Origin: an uncultured Prevotella sp.
Lineage (GTDB): Bacteria > Bacteroidota > Bacteroidia > Bacteroidales > Bacteroidaceae
Reading direction: 5' to 3'
DNA length: 64,000 nucleotides
NCBI GenBank assembly: GCA_963547405.1
Contig: CAUURC010000005.1
Coordinates: 3,655-67,654, forward strand
The position numbers and the translations under genes are program-made. The stretch's first letter is position 1; each line of letters starts with the position of its first letter. Of this stretch, positions 46,582 to 56,155 are shown in pieces. The notes beneath the pieces are model-generated. The model did no database searches and was not told where the DNA came from. It saw only the letters and a program-made list of their open reading frames with translations.

Positions 46582-47240
46582 AGATGGAAAACAAAAACGA
46601 TGAAAGCCTTGAATTGAAGGAAATACAGACCCAACTGAGTCTCTTGAAATCGAAACTCGACCGCGAGGAGATTGTCAACGACCACTTGTTGCGGGAGTCA
46701 ATGAAGTCGAAAATGGCCTGGGTGAAGAAGTTTATCTTCTTAGAAAGTTTCATCTTGGTGCCCTTGGCGGCCGTCTTCTTCCTCTATCTTAACTTCCACC
46801 ACCACTTCTTTCACTTCTCTTGGCTGTCCTATAGTGTCTTACTTCTCCTGTGCGTCGTCGATGTCACGCTGGATTACCGTATCAACGTGAAAGCTCTCAA
46901 CGATGAGGATTTTGACCGCGACAACCTTATTAGCACTATTCAGAAGCTCGTGCGCATGAAACGGGTGCGCAAACAGAAGGAAATATGGATGACGGTGCTG
47001 ATCGTAGCCTGCGTTTTTTGGATGCTCGTAGAGAGTTATCTGCATGCTTCTCCCGACATGAGAGCACACATCTCCTTCGCCAGTCTGAGCATAGGTATGC
47101 TCGTCGGAGCCATTATCGGTGGCTTTATAGTCTTCTTCACTATCCGCAGTCTACAGAAGACCAATGACCGGATGATAGAACAAATCAACGAAATCACGCA
47201 AAATACGAATAAAAAAGCAAGTAAAAACATACAATCATAA
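46578..47240 (+). CDS. membrane protein; candidate anti-sigma partner
   Basis: Its start overlaps the sigma stop (ATGA). It has an N-terminal coiled segment and three to four hydrophobic helices. Confidence 0.5.
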   Translation: MKMENKNDESLELKEIQTQLSLLKSKLDREEIVNDHLLRESMKSKMAWVKKFIFLESFILVPLAAVFFLYLNFHHHFFHFSWLSYSVLLLLCVVDVTLDYRINVKALNDEDFDRDNLISTIQKLVRMKRVRKQKEIWMTVLIVACVFWMLVESYLHASPDMRAHISFASLSIGMLVGAIIGGFIVFFTIRSLQKTNDRMIEQINEITQNTNKKASKNIQS

Positions 47241-47245
47241 TAACG

Positions 47246-48148
47246 ATGAAAAAGAAAATCATGACTTCATTGCTTCTGATGTGCGCGTTCGCGTTGGGAG
47301 CCAACGCCCAGCTACTGTATAAAATATCAGGCAAAGGGCTAACGAAACCCTCGTACATCTTTGGCACTCACCATCTGGCCGGCGGCACGTTTGTCGACAA
47401 GATAGCCGGTATTAAGGACGCGGTGGCCCAGACCGAACAGGTATATGGCGAAGTTTCGTTCGACGACATGATGAATCCCGACTCGTTGAAGCAGATGCAA
47501 AACGCCATGATGCTGCCCGAAGGACAATCGCTCAAGACGATTCTGACGCCCGAACAATATAAGAAATTCGACGATTTTCTCGTCAAAACCATGGGCGTGG
47601 GCATGAGTAATCCACAGATTGAAGCACAGTTCGGACGCATGACTCCGGCAACGCTCGCGACGCAACTCACCGTGCTCATGTATCTGATGCGGCATCCAGG
47701 CGAGTTCGATCCCAACAACCAGCTCGACCACTATTTCCAGAAGCAAGCCAAGGAGAGCCACAAGCCTGTGGGTGGTTTCGAAACACTTGCCTTTCAGAGT
47801 CATCTGTTGTTCAACAGCAAGCCGATAAAACGCCAGATAGAAGAGCTCATGTGCCTCATCGACCACGAAGCCTACTACCTTGAAATGGTAGAATCCATGA
47901 GCAAGGCCTACAATAATCAGGACATCAAGGCGCTGAAATCGGCCATGGACACGAAGCTCGGCGACCGGTGCGACGCCACGCCCGAGGAAGAAGACGCCCT
48001 CCTCGCCCATCGTAATGCCAACTGGCTCCGCCTCATGCCTGCCATTATGCAGGCCCGCCCCACGCTTTTCGTAGTTGGCGCCGGCCATCTGCCGGGCGAC
48101 AAGGGCGTGCTTGAAGGACTGAGAAAGATGGGGTATCAAGTAGAATAA
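47246..48148 (+). CDS. TraB/GumN family protein
   Basis: Signal peptide. SYIFGTHHL near the N-terminus and LFVVGAGHLPGDKGVLEGL near the C-terminus are GumN/TraB hallmarks. It starts 5 bp after the preceding gene. Confidence 0.75.
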   Translation: MKKKIMTSLLLMCAFALGANAQLLYKISGKGLTKPSYIFGTHHLAGGTFVDKIAGIKDAVAQTEQVYGEVSFDDMMNPDSLKQMQNAMMLPEGQSLKTILTPEQYKKFDDFLVKTMGVGMSNPQIEAQFGRMTPATLATQLTVLMYLMRHPGEFDPNNQLDHYFQKQAKESHKPVGGFETLAFQSHLLFNSKPIKRQIEELMCLIDHEAYYLEMVESMSKAYNNQDIKALKSAMDTKLGDRCDATPEEEDALLAHRNANWLRLMPAIMQARPTLFVVGAGHLPGDKGVLEGLRKMGYQVE

Positions 48149-48164
48149 TACCGCCACTCGAAGG

Positions 48165-48192
48165 GACGCCGTGCTATGAGACGGCGTCTTTT
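48165..48192 (+). terminator. terminator after the GumN-like gene
   Basis: gacgccgt (48165-48172) pairs with acggcgtc (48181-48188), followed by tttt. Confidence 0.5.
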
Positions 48193-48318
48193 CGTTTAAT
48201 AAAGTATAATTATCAAATATCGCACATTAAATTTGTACATTCTTGTTGCATATTTATGTATCTTTGCGACTTTATTATAAAGGTTATCTAAAATAAAAAT
48301 TAACATCAATATTTTGAA

Positions 48319-51147
48319 ATGAAACTCAGAAACTTATTCGTCGCTGCGTTGCTCTTCTGCGCCGGCATGGCACAGGCACAACAGGAAGCAACGATTCCGG
48401 TGGATCCGGACGTGAGAATCGGTAAGCTCAGCAATGGTCTGACCTATTACATCCGACACAACAACTGGCCCGAACATCGTGCGAACTTCTACATCGCACA
48501 GAAAGTGGGATCTATTCAGGAGGAAGAAAACCAGCGCGGACTGGCCCACTTCCTTGAACACATGGCCTTTAACGGCTCTGACAACTTCAAGGGCAACAGC
48601 CTCATAGAGTGGTGTCGGTCGAAAGGTATTGAGTTTGGCGCCGACCTCAACGCCTACACCAGCATCGACCAGACGGTATATAATATAGACAATGTGCCCA
48701 CTAAGTCGCAATCGACGCTCGACTCTTGCTTGCTGATTCTGCGCGACTGGTCTACGGGATTGACCCTCGACCCTGCCGAAATCGACAAGGAGCGTGGCGT
48801 TATCCACTCGGAATGGCGCGATCGCACCAGTGCGGCCAACCGTATGTTTGAGCGCAACCTGCCTGCTCTCTACCCCGGCAGCAAGTACGGACTGCGTTTC
48901 CCCATCGGACTGATGAGCGTTGTAGACAACTTTAAGCCAAAAGAACTGCGCGATTATTATGAAAAATGGTATCACCCCGACCATCAGGGTATCATCATCG
49001 TGGGCGATGTAGACGTAGACCACATGGAAGCGATGGTCAAGAAACTCTTTGGCGACATCAAGAATCCTGTCAACGAAGCTCCGATCATCGAAGAACAAGT
49101 GCCCGACAATGCCGAGCCTATCGTCATTATCGACAAAGATAAGGAGTATCAGCAGTCGGACGTTGACTTGATGATGAAGCACGACGCGTTCCCCGACTCG
49201 CTTAAGAACAACATTAATTACTTGGTATATAACTTCGTGCGTGGCGCGGCCATCAGCATGCTCAACAATCGTTTCGTAGAAGCGGCGCAGAAGCCCGGTT
49301 GTCCTTTCTTGAGTGCTTCGGCCAGTGATGGCGACTATATCTTCGCCAAGACCAAAGGCGCTTTCACGCTCAGCACTTCGCCTAAAGACATCACGCAATG
49401 TGCCAACGCCCTCAAGGCAGCCTTCGTTGAAGTGCTTCGTGCGGTTAAGTTTGGCTTCACCGCTACGGAATACGACCGCTACAAGGTTAACTTTGAAAGT
49501 TCGTTTGAAAAGTTCTATAGCAACAAAGACAAGCGCACCAACACCTCGTTCTTCAATTCGTACAAGAGTCATTTCCTCAACAACGACCCCATTCCTTCGA
49601 TTGACTACCAGTATCAGATGATGAAACAACTCGTCAAGATGATTCCGCTGGAGGCCATTAACCAATTCCTGCCCGAGGTTGTGCATGAGACCGATAGCAA
49701 TATGGTTATCGTCAACTTCAATACAGAGAAAGAGGGCAACGTATATCCCACCAAGGAACAGCTGACGAATGCCGTCAACGAGGCCCGTAAAACTGAAATC
49801 ACCGCCTACACGGACAACGTGAAGAGCGAACCGCTCATCAAGAAATTGCCTAAGGCCGGCACAATCAAAAAGGAAACAAAGAACACCAAATTCGGCTATA
49901 CCAAACTGACATTGAGCAACGGCGTAAGCGTTATTCTGAAGAAAACCGACTTTAAGAAAGACCAAGTGACGCTATCGGGTCAGGGTGGCAAGGGCAACAG
50001 CACCTACGGATTGTCTGATTACGTGAACACCAAGCTCTTCAACGATGTCGTTGAAAGCAGCGGACTGGGCGCATTCTCTTCTACCGAACTGCCCAAAGCA
50101 CTGGCCGGAAAGATTGCGGGAGCTTCTCTCTCCATGGGCGAACGCATGATGACAATCAACGGTAGCTCCACTCCGAAGGACGTAGAGACCATGTTGCAAC
50201 TCATCTATCTCTACTTCACCGACATCCGCAAGGACGAAAGCGCTTACAACACGCTCATGCAACAGATGGAAGTTGCGCTGAAAAATCGCAACCTCTCGTG
50301 GGAAACAGCTTTCGGCGACTCTGTCAACAACGCGCTCTACGACCATAGCCCCTACGCTCGTCCGATATTGGTAGACGACTTGAAGAGCGTCAACTACGAC
50401 CGAATCCTGCAAATGGCTAAGGAACGCACGGCTAATGCTGCCGGTTGGGACTTTGAAATACTGGGCAATTTCGACGAAGCAACTATCCGTCCGCTCATCT
50501 GTCGCTACCTCGGCGCACTGCCCGCAAAGGGCAAAGGCGAGAAGGGCGTGCGTCGTCTGAACCTCACCGACAAGAACGTAGACAACACTTTCTACCGCAA
50601 GATGGAAACTCCGAAGGCCAATGCCTACATCTTCTGGATGAGTCATAAGATTCCTTACACACTCGAAAAGAGCATTCAGATGGACATGGCCGGCCAAGTT
50701 CTGTCGATGGTATACCTCAATAAGATTCGTGAAGAAGCCGGTGCGGCCTACTCTTGTGGCGCGCAAGGCGCTCTGGCTGTCAGCACCGATGGTGTGAACA
50801 CGACCCAGATGGTAGGTTTCTGCCCGATGAAGCCCGAGAAGAAAGACCTCGCCTTGAGCATCATGAACTCGGCTGTGAAGGAACTGGCTGAAAGTTGCGA
50901 TGCCGAAATGCTTGAGAAGGTAAAGACGCTGATGCTCAAGCAGGCCGACGATCGTGCGAAAACCAATGGCTATTGGGGCAACATCATCTATGCTTACGAG
51001 CACACCGGACACGACAACCACACCGACTACAAGCGACTGGTAGAAGCACAGACACCTGCGAATATCTCGGCTATGGTTAAGCAACTCCTCTCTGTAGCCA
51101 ACAAGGTTTCGGTTGTTATCCTTCCCGAAAACATCGACAAGAAGTAA
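48319..51147 (+). CDS. M16 (insulinase/pitrilysin) family zinc peptidase, two-half 942-aa form
   Basis: Signal peptide. The inverted zincin motif is HFLEHMAFNGS (HxxEH). Confidence 0.88.
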   Translation: MKLRNLFVAALLFCAGMAQAQQEATIPVDPDVRIGKLSNGLTYYIRHNNWPEHRANFYIAQKVGSIQEEENQRGLAHFLEHMAFNGSDNFKGNSLIEWCRSKGIEFGADLNAYTSIDQTVYNIDNVPTKSQSTLDSCLLILRDWSTGLTLDPAEIDKERGVIHSEWRDRTSAANRMFERNLPALYPGSKYGLRFPIGLMSVVDNFKPKELRDYYEKWYHPDHQGIIIVGDVDVDHMEAMVKKLFGDIKNPVNEAPIIEEQVPDNAEPIVIIDKDKEYQQSDVDLMMKHDAFPDSLKNNINYLVYNFVRGAAISMLNNRFVEAAQKPGCPFLSASASDGDYIFAKTKGAFTLSTSPKDITQCANALKAAFVEVLRAVKFGFTATEYDRYKVNFESSFEKFYSNKDKRTNTSFFNSYKSHFLNNDPIPSIDYQYQMMKQLVKMIPLEAINQFLPEVVHETDSNMVIVNFNTEKEGNVYPTKEQLTNAVNEARKTEITAYTDNVKSEPLIKKLPKAGTIKKETKNTKFGYTKLTLSNGVSVILKKTDFKKDQVTLSGQGGKGNSTYGLSDYVNTKLFNDVVESSGLGAFSSTELPKALAGKIAGASLSMGERMMTINGSSTPKDVETMLQLIYLYFTDIRKDESAYNTLMQQMEVALKNRNLSWETAFGDSVNNALYDHSPYARPILVDDLKSVNYDRILQMAKERTANAAGWDFEILGNFDEATIRPLICRYLGALPAKGKGEKGVRRLNLTDKNVDNTFYRKMETPKANAYIFWMSHKIPYTLEKSIQMDMAGQVLSMVYLNKIREEAGAAYSCGAQGALAVSTDGVNTTQMVGFCPMKPEKKDLALSIMNSAVKELAESCDAEMLEKVKTLMLKQADDRAKTNGYWGNIIYAYEHTGHDNHTDYKRLVEAQTPANISAMVKQLLSVANKVSVVILPENIDKK

Positions 51148-51177
51148 CAATCCACCGACCATACCGTCATTACATAC

Positions 51178-51215
51178 AAAAGCATTGCTTCGCTCAAACA
51201 CGAAGCAATGCTTTT
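51178..51215. terminator. bidirectional terminator between convergent genes
   Basis: aaaagcattgcttcg and cgaagcaatgctttt form an 11-bp GC-containing core stem, flanked by an A-run and a T-run. Confidence 0.7.
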
Positions 51216-51295
51216 TTCTTTCCCAAATATTCAAATCATCATCGCGAAACGAAATGAGGGGGAGTATTTCGGAATGATAGTTTATCAAAGGGAGG

Positions 51296-52504
51296 CTACT
51301 TATTCGGCTTAATTCTTTTCAGATTTAGCATTTTATAAACAGCTGACGACAAGACTGGCTCTTGGTAGAAAGGCAGGCTTGCCAATGATTCATAAGCACT
51401 CTTATAGTCGCCGCAACGAACTTGTGACACGGCCAAATACATCAAAGAGCATTGGCAAGGGTACAATTGAAAGGCTTTCTCTCCCAACTCTGCAATATCA
51501 GTCAGTTCTGCTTTTGACGGTTTATAAGCTGCTGAGAAAAAATCACCAATAATATAAGTATAGAACATTTCCATATAAATATAAGGTAAGCGACTCTCAT
51601 TCGCCTTGCCAATAGCAAGAGATTGCTTCAAGGCTGAACCATAGCGATGGGCAAAGATATCCTTTTCCATGGCCCTAAGGTCAGCAAAGAGTTGTTTATC
51701 GGGAAAGTTTATATGATCAATACATCTTAGGACTTCAGCCTGTTGCTGTTTATCTCCTCGGCCTGCCATTGGTACCCGTACCAAATTCATATAGAGTTTT
51801 TTCCAATATTCATAGCCAAAGAGACGTGTATATTCATCATTATTGCCTACGAAAGTACGCCATACGGCATCATCTACCACCTTTTGGGGGAAAAGAATCA
51901 CCATTTTCCCCACCTCCCTCGTTCGCGGTTCGTTTGTCCCTAAATTTTCCAAATAACGATTCATATAGCTACGAACGGAGTCCACATGTATCTTTGGCAT
52001 GACATCCAATATAAACTCTTCTATAAAACGAGGAGAACGTTCACCTTCATTCCAACGCCGTTGCAGAGCTTGATAGCACACACCTATCGTATTCCGAAGT
52101 GCTTTCTCTGATTGCTTCAAGAAATCTTCGGCAGGAAGGAAACCACTTTCAACATCCAAAAGATTACCCTCGGCATCCAACCAATAGAATGTTGGAAAGG
52201 CACTCGGTGTATATTCAGCAAACAGACCAAAATCTTTCTGCCGTTCCGCATCAACATGTACAGAAACAAATTTGCTATTCATATAACTTCCCACCTCAGC
52301 TTTACTAAAAACGTCACGATCCATCTTTTTACAAGGACCACACCAAGAGGTATATACATCTACAAAAATTGCTTTTTTCTCAGCTTGTGCCTGCTGTTTC
52401 AATTCAGACCAACTCACATTGCGAAAAGTCACTCCCTGAGCCTGTAAGCTTAATACATTCCCAAGGAGAAGTGCCCAAAGGGTGCAGATATGAAGTTTCA
52501 TCAT
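51296..52504 (-). CDS. secreted thioredoxin-fold protein with C-terminal helical domain
   Basis: Signal peptide MMKLHICTLWALLLGNVLSLQAQ. The thioredoxin active site is WCGPCKKM. Confidence 0.72.
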   Translation of the reverse strand: MMKLHICTLWALLLGNVLSLQAQGVTFRNVSWSELKQQAQAEKKAIFVDVYTSWCGPCKKMDRDVFSKAEVGSYMNSKFVSVHVDAERQKDFGLFAEYTPSAFPTFYWLDAEGNLLDVESGFLPAEDFLKQSEKALRNTIGVCYQALQRRWNEGERSPRFIEEFILDVMPKIHVDSVRSYMNRYLENLGTNEPRTREVGKMVILFPQKVVDDAVWRTFVGNNDEYTRLFGYEYWKKLYMNLVRVPMAGRGDKQQQAEVLRCIDHINFPDKQLFADLRAMEKDIFAHRYGSALKQSLAIGKANESRLPYIYMEMFYTYIIGDFFSAAYKPSKAELTDIAELGEKAFQLYPCQCSLMYLAVSQVRCGDYKSAYESLASLPFYQEPVLSSAVYKMLNLKRIKPNK

Positions 52505-52509
52505 TTTGT

Positions 52510-54024
52510 CTAATATTTACGCTCAAAGTCAACAATACGGTCAGCCAAACCATCATGACGACCAGTAAGTTGCAGATGCAGTCCACCATCGGTACCCACC
52601 TCTAATGCTGCAAAACCGGCAGGAAGTGTCGATCGGGATTTATCTCGATAAGCTATGAGAAGCGTATTGCTTTTATAGTCAAATTCGATATGATTGATAT
52701 CCTCGTTCCCACCCAAGTTATAGACCTGCATACCAGTCTTATTTTCCGCATTATAGAGATAGATGGCACTGCCACAGGCATAGAACATATATCCCGGAAA
52801 GCGTGCTGAACATGCAAAAGAAGAAGCTTCTGTAATCTTTTCGGCTGTCAGAGGGTCATCGCCAAGATCTGAAAAATACGTGCCGGGATTAGCACCTTCC
52901 ACCCAAAATCCAATACCACACTTCAATAAATGTCGTCTACCTCCTGCTTCCTCAAAGACTCCCATAAACTGGTTGGCACCGGTTTCACTACGCACGGAGA
53001 TGTTAGCATAGAGGCATTTCATACCAACTTTATCTGGATTGAAGAATCCTCCAGATACGTAGGTCATCCCTGATGTCTTGGTTGCAGTAGTCAGGAATGC
53101 CGTTGTAATGGAGTTGATAGTATAGAAACACATGTTCTCATTATCATAGACCACGGCCCGGGCAGGTAATTGTTCGTCATCATTAAAGTTCGCATTGTCA
53201 GCAATACGGTACGTTTTACCAGGTACAAACATGTTCGGCTTCACCGTAGGCGAATTCGTATTGGTGGCTCGGTCGTAGAGTTTGCCGTCGTTTACCAAGT
53301 AATGGCGCATACTGGCCTTGTAATAAGCTTCAGGCATGACCTTCTCAGGAGAACTCATGAAGAATCCGCTATAGGTTCGACTTTGTTTCATAGAAGTGGC
53401 ATCGAGGAAACAACCTCCACCTTCATCCTGGCAGAGCACCATCACCTCATTGAGATATTCCTTATCGAATTTATTAAAATAGACACGCTTGGGATTCGTT
53501 CCTATCGTTTCACCACTATTCACCTTGCCGTAGACATCCGAAATAACCTCTTTCTGACCATCAGGCATAAAGTCAAGGATAGCCTTGCCCCCATTGTCAC
53601 AAAGAATCAGCAGTCCCTTTGTGAACGCATTGACCACATTCACCTTGAACTCCTTCTCATAATAAACGAGCGTCAGTTTGTCCACCACCTTGAATTTCAA
53701 TGTATGCTCTCCCGGTGCAAGAGCAACTTTGATATCCAGATTTTTCTCACGCGAGAGCGTGTCGGCATGAAACATCGTATTGTTGTCGTAAGCTATCCAG
53801 AAATAACTGAACTGTGCATCGTTGTTTTTTGAGGTTGCCAGTGTGGGATGAATACTCAGCAATTTATCAATATGCACATCGTTGTATTTGTCTTGAATGC
53901 CACTGATTACAACTTCATTCAGTGGCGTAGGGTTATCATTGGTTTCATCATGCACACACGATGTTAGCCCCAGAACCGTTATAAGTAATAAAAATAACTG
54001 TTTCATATTGTTTGTTCCTTTCAT
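52510..54024 (-). CDS. PKD-like family lipoprotein (SusCD-locus accessory)
   Basis: Lipobox LGLTSC; the likely start is the internal MKQLF at 54006. An N-terminal Ig/PKD-like domain is followed by a beta-propeller-like remainder. The position after a DUF4843-like gene matches a recurrent Bacteroidota gene order. Confidence 0.55.
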   Translation of the reverse strand: MKGTNNMKQLFLLLITVLGLTSCVHDETNDNPTPLNEVVISGIQDKYNDVHIDKLLSIHPTLATSKNNDAQFSYFWIAYDNNTMFHADTLSREKNLDIKVALAPGEHTLKFKVVDKLTLVYYEKEFKVNVVNAFTKGLLILCDNGGKAILDFMPDGQKEVISDVYGKVNSGETIGTNPKRVYFNKFDKEYLNEVMVLCQDEGGGCFLDATSMKQSRTYSGFFMSSPEKVMPEAYYKASMRHYLVNDGKLYDRATNTNSPTVKPNMFVPGKTYRIADNANFNDDEQLPARAVVYDNENMCFYTINSITTAFLTTATKTSGMTYVSGGFFNPDKVGMKCLYANISVRSETGANQFMGVFEEAGGRRHLLKCGIGFWVEGANPGTYFSDLGDDPLTAEKITEASSFACSARFPGYMFYACGSAIYLYNAENKTGMQVYNLGGNEDINHIEFDYKSNTLLIAYRDKSRSTLPAGFAALEVGTDGGLHLQLTGRHDGLADRIVDFERKY

Positions 54025-54030
54025 TTATCA

Positions 54031-54735
54031 TTAAAGTGGAGACCAGTCGGCCGTTATCCATTGCTTGGTTTCCTCATCCCAAATCGGAGTCTTAAGTAAG
54101 TAGTTGTATACTAACCTTCCATACGACATATACGTCTGAATCATGGCTCCTTGTAACTTCGGCTCGAAATCAAATCCTTGAATCTGAATACAAAGACGAT
54201 GTTTGGCCTTCGAATAAGTACCATAATATATGGAAAGAATCCTCCAATAGCTGGGTTGAACGAGTTGATTGGTAATAACGACACGGGCCGTCAGCCTGTC
54301 ACTGTAGCCCAGATCAAAGTCCGCGTTGGGCACCAGTTGCAACACGAGTGACACACTACCATTATTCAACTCCTTATTATATACCTTGATTGGAATTTCG
54401 GCGACCACTTCGCCTGCAGGCACCTTTACTTCGGTTTCGGGTAGACTATAATGCACGCCGGCTTTGGCTGTCGAGGTAGAAGCTTCTTTAAAAGCTATAA
54501 CCCGATCTTTATTAATCGCTTCACCAATAATTTTAAGAGGAACATTCACTGTAGCAGTATCCTTGATAACGGCAGCAAAGGAATAAGGGATACTGTCGGC
54601 CTCGGTAACACTGCTGAAATAGACACAAGGCTTGTTCTCGTAGCGCATCCGTTCATTTTCCGTACAGCCCATCATAAAAGCCGCACAGAGTCCCGTGACC
54701 ATTATATAAATATATTTGTATTTCATAGGAATCAT
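54031..54735 (-). CDS. DUF4843-like lipoprotein (Calx-beta-like)
   Basis: Lipobox FMMGC. The segment VNVPLKIIGEAINKDRVIAF...GVHYSLPETEVKVPAGEVVAEIPIKV is Calx-beta-like. It overlaps the susD stop by 4 nt. Confidence 0.55.
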   Translation of the reverse strand: MIPMKYKYIYIMVTGLCAAFMMGCTENERMRYENKPCVYFSSVTEADSIPYSFAAVIKDTATVNVPLKIIGEAINKDRVIAFKEASTSTAKAGVHYSLPETEVKVPAGEVVAEIPIKVYNKELNNGSVSLVLQLVPNADFDLGYSDRLTARVVITNQLVQPSYWRILSIYYGTYSKAKHRLCIQIQGFDFEPKLQGAMIQTYMSYGRLVYNYLLKTPIWDEETKQWITADWSPL

Positions 54736-56147
54736 TTTTTAAAATAGGTATTCGTGACGGGCAATGGCAACACATACACCTTTTCAGGCGTGGTCACTGC
54801 CGTTTGATTAATCGGTGTTACGGTATTTCTCAGTCGTTTGTACGCGTAGAACAATTGTCCTTCACCTATAAACTCTTTGGCATACTCCGCAAGAATTTTA
54901 TTCTGCAGGTTGTCGGCAGTAATTTCTTGATCGGGTAAGCCTCGATGATACTGTAATGTATTGAAAAGCTTGGCCGCTTCAGTAATTTCGGGAGCCGTTT
55001 CTGCAGCTATGAGATACATTTCTGATACTTTCAAAAGAGGAATACGTTTCGATGAGTTATACTTTGAAAGGATATGATAAGAGCCGGTTGTCTCTATCCA
55101 CCATAAACGGCGATAATCCATATCAAGCGTTGCAGGAAAGACTTTCTCCATTTGCTTCTGTGTAGTAGCTAAATAACTGCTACTGGTATTAGCCGCATAG
55201 AAATAGTGTTTCACTACATTGTCATACAGTTCCTTGCTTTCGAGTGCAAAGATATTTTCCTGTACGAAACCGTTCTTGTCCGAACTGGCAACATCAGAGC
55301 TCGTTATCAGCGGAAACAGATTGCTGTCAATGACTTCCTTTGCCAGTCGGAAAGCCTGTTCACGGTCGTCTCCTTGATGGCGATAGAGATAAACACGTGC
55401 CAAAAGTGCCGTTACGGCATAATAGTTCATGCGATATTCGCGACCTTTCCACACTCCTGTGAGACCCTTCAGATTGTACCGGGCATGATCAGGGCCGTAA
55501 GGATCCACGTCTTTCAGTAACTCCCGAGCCGCTTTCAAGTCTTCGACAATGCGACTAAGTACAGCTTCTACTGTCAGTTGCGCAAAAGTTGTATTCGTAA
55601 ACTTATCGACATACGGAATAGCGGCTTTCTGCAAACCGCCATTCATAGATGGTGCAAAGGCAAAAAGACGCAACAAATCGAAATGAAGAAACGCACGCAG
55701 GCCCTGTGCCTCGCCTTTAATGAGTTCATACTCATGGACGGGGAAGACACTCTTCTTTCCATCAATCTGTTCCAACAAACTATTCGTATTAGCCACCACA
55801 TTATAAAGTTTTTTCCAGATGGCATCCTTACGGTCTTCCTCCTTTTGGTTAGTATAATTGTAGTTGTTAGCATATTCAAATACATTGAGCGAAGCACTTG
55901 CTGTCGAATAGTATTGTCCCAACACATCCATATAGGTCATGGTAAGCTGTGCGCCATACAGACTTTCGCTTTTCATTGCGCCATAGCATCCCATCAGCGC
56001 ATCTCGGAATCCTTGCTCGTTGCTCAATAGGTCTTCGGATTTGAGTTCCGACTTGGCCGAAATATCAAACCAGTTTTCACAAGCGGTGAGACTGCATATC
56101 AAAATCAGTCCCATACCTATTATAAATAACTTCTTTTTCATATTCAC
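54732..56147 (-). CDS. SusD/RagB-family lipoprotein
   Basis: Lipobox SLTAC. It lies directly downstream of SusC. SusD-like helices are present (ARVYLYR, MYLIAAE, GEGQLFYAYKRL). Confidence 0.85.
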   Translation of the reverse strand: MNMKKKLFIIGMGLILICSLTACENWFDISAKSELKSEDLLSNEQGFRDALMGCYGAMKSESLYGAQLTMTYMDVLGQYYSTASASLNVFEYANNYNYTNQKEEDRKDAIWKKLYNVVANTNSLLEQIDGKKSVFPVHEYELIKGEAQGLRAFLHFDLLRLFAFAPSMNGGLQKAAIPYVDKFTNTTFAQLTVEAVLSRIVEDLKAARELLKDVDPYGPDHARYNLKGLTGVWKGREYRMNYYAVTALLARVYLYRHQGDDREQAFRLAKEVIDSNLFPLITSSDVASSDKNGFVQENIFALESKELYDNVVKHYFYAANTSSSYLATTQKQMEKVFPATLDMDYRRLWWIETTGSYHILSKYNSSKRIPLLKVSEMYLIAAETAPEITEAAKLFNTLQYHRGLPDQEITADNLQNKILAEYAKEFIGEGQLFYAYKRLRNTVTPINQTAVTTPEKVYVLPLPVTNTYFKK

Positions 56148-56155
56148 AAATAGGT

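Noticed and set aside
47339-48157. 272-aa minus ORF opposite the TraB/GumN gene, and the 251-aa minus ORF at 34690..35445 opposite the Na/Pi transporter
   Set aside because: They are shadow ORFs. The + strand products carry family hallmarks (GAGHLPG; QSS.A motifs).
48334-51288. Very long minus-strand ORFs (543 aa at 48334..49965 and 438 aa at 49972..51288) opposite the M16 peptidase gene
   Set aside because: They are antisense shadows. The + strand product has a signal peptide and the HxxEH motif. The minus products are Val/Arg/His-rich with no recognisable motif.
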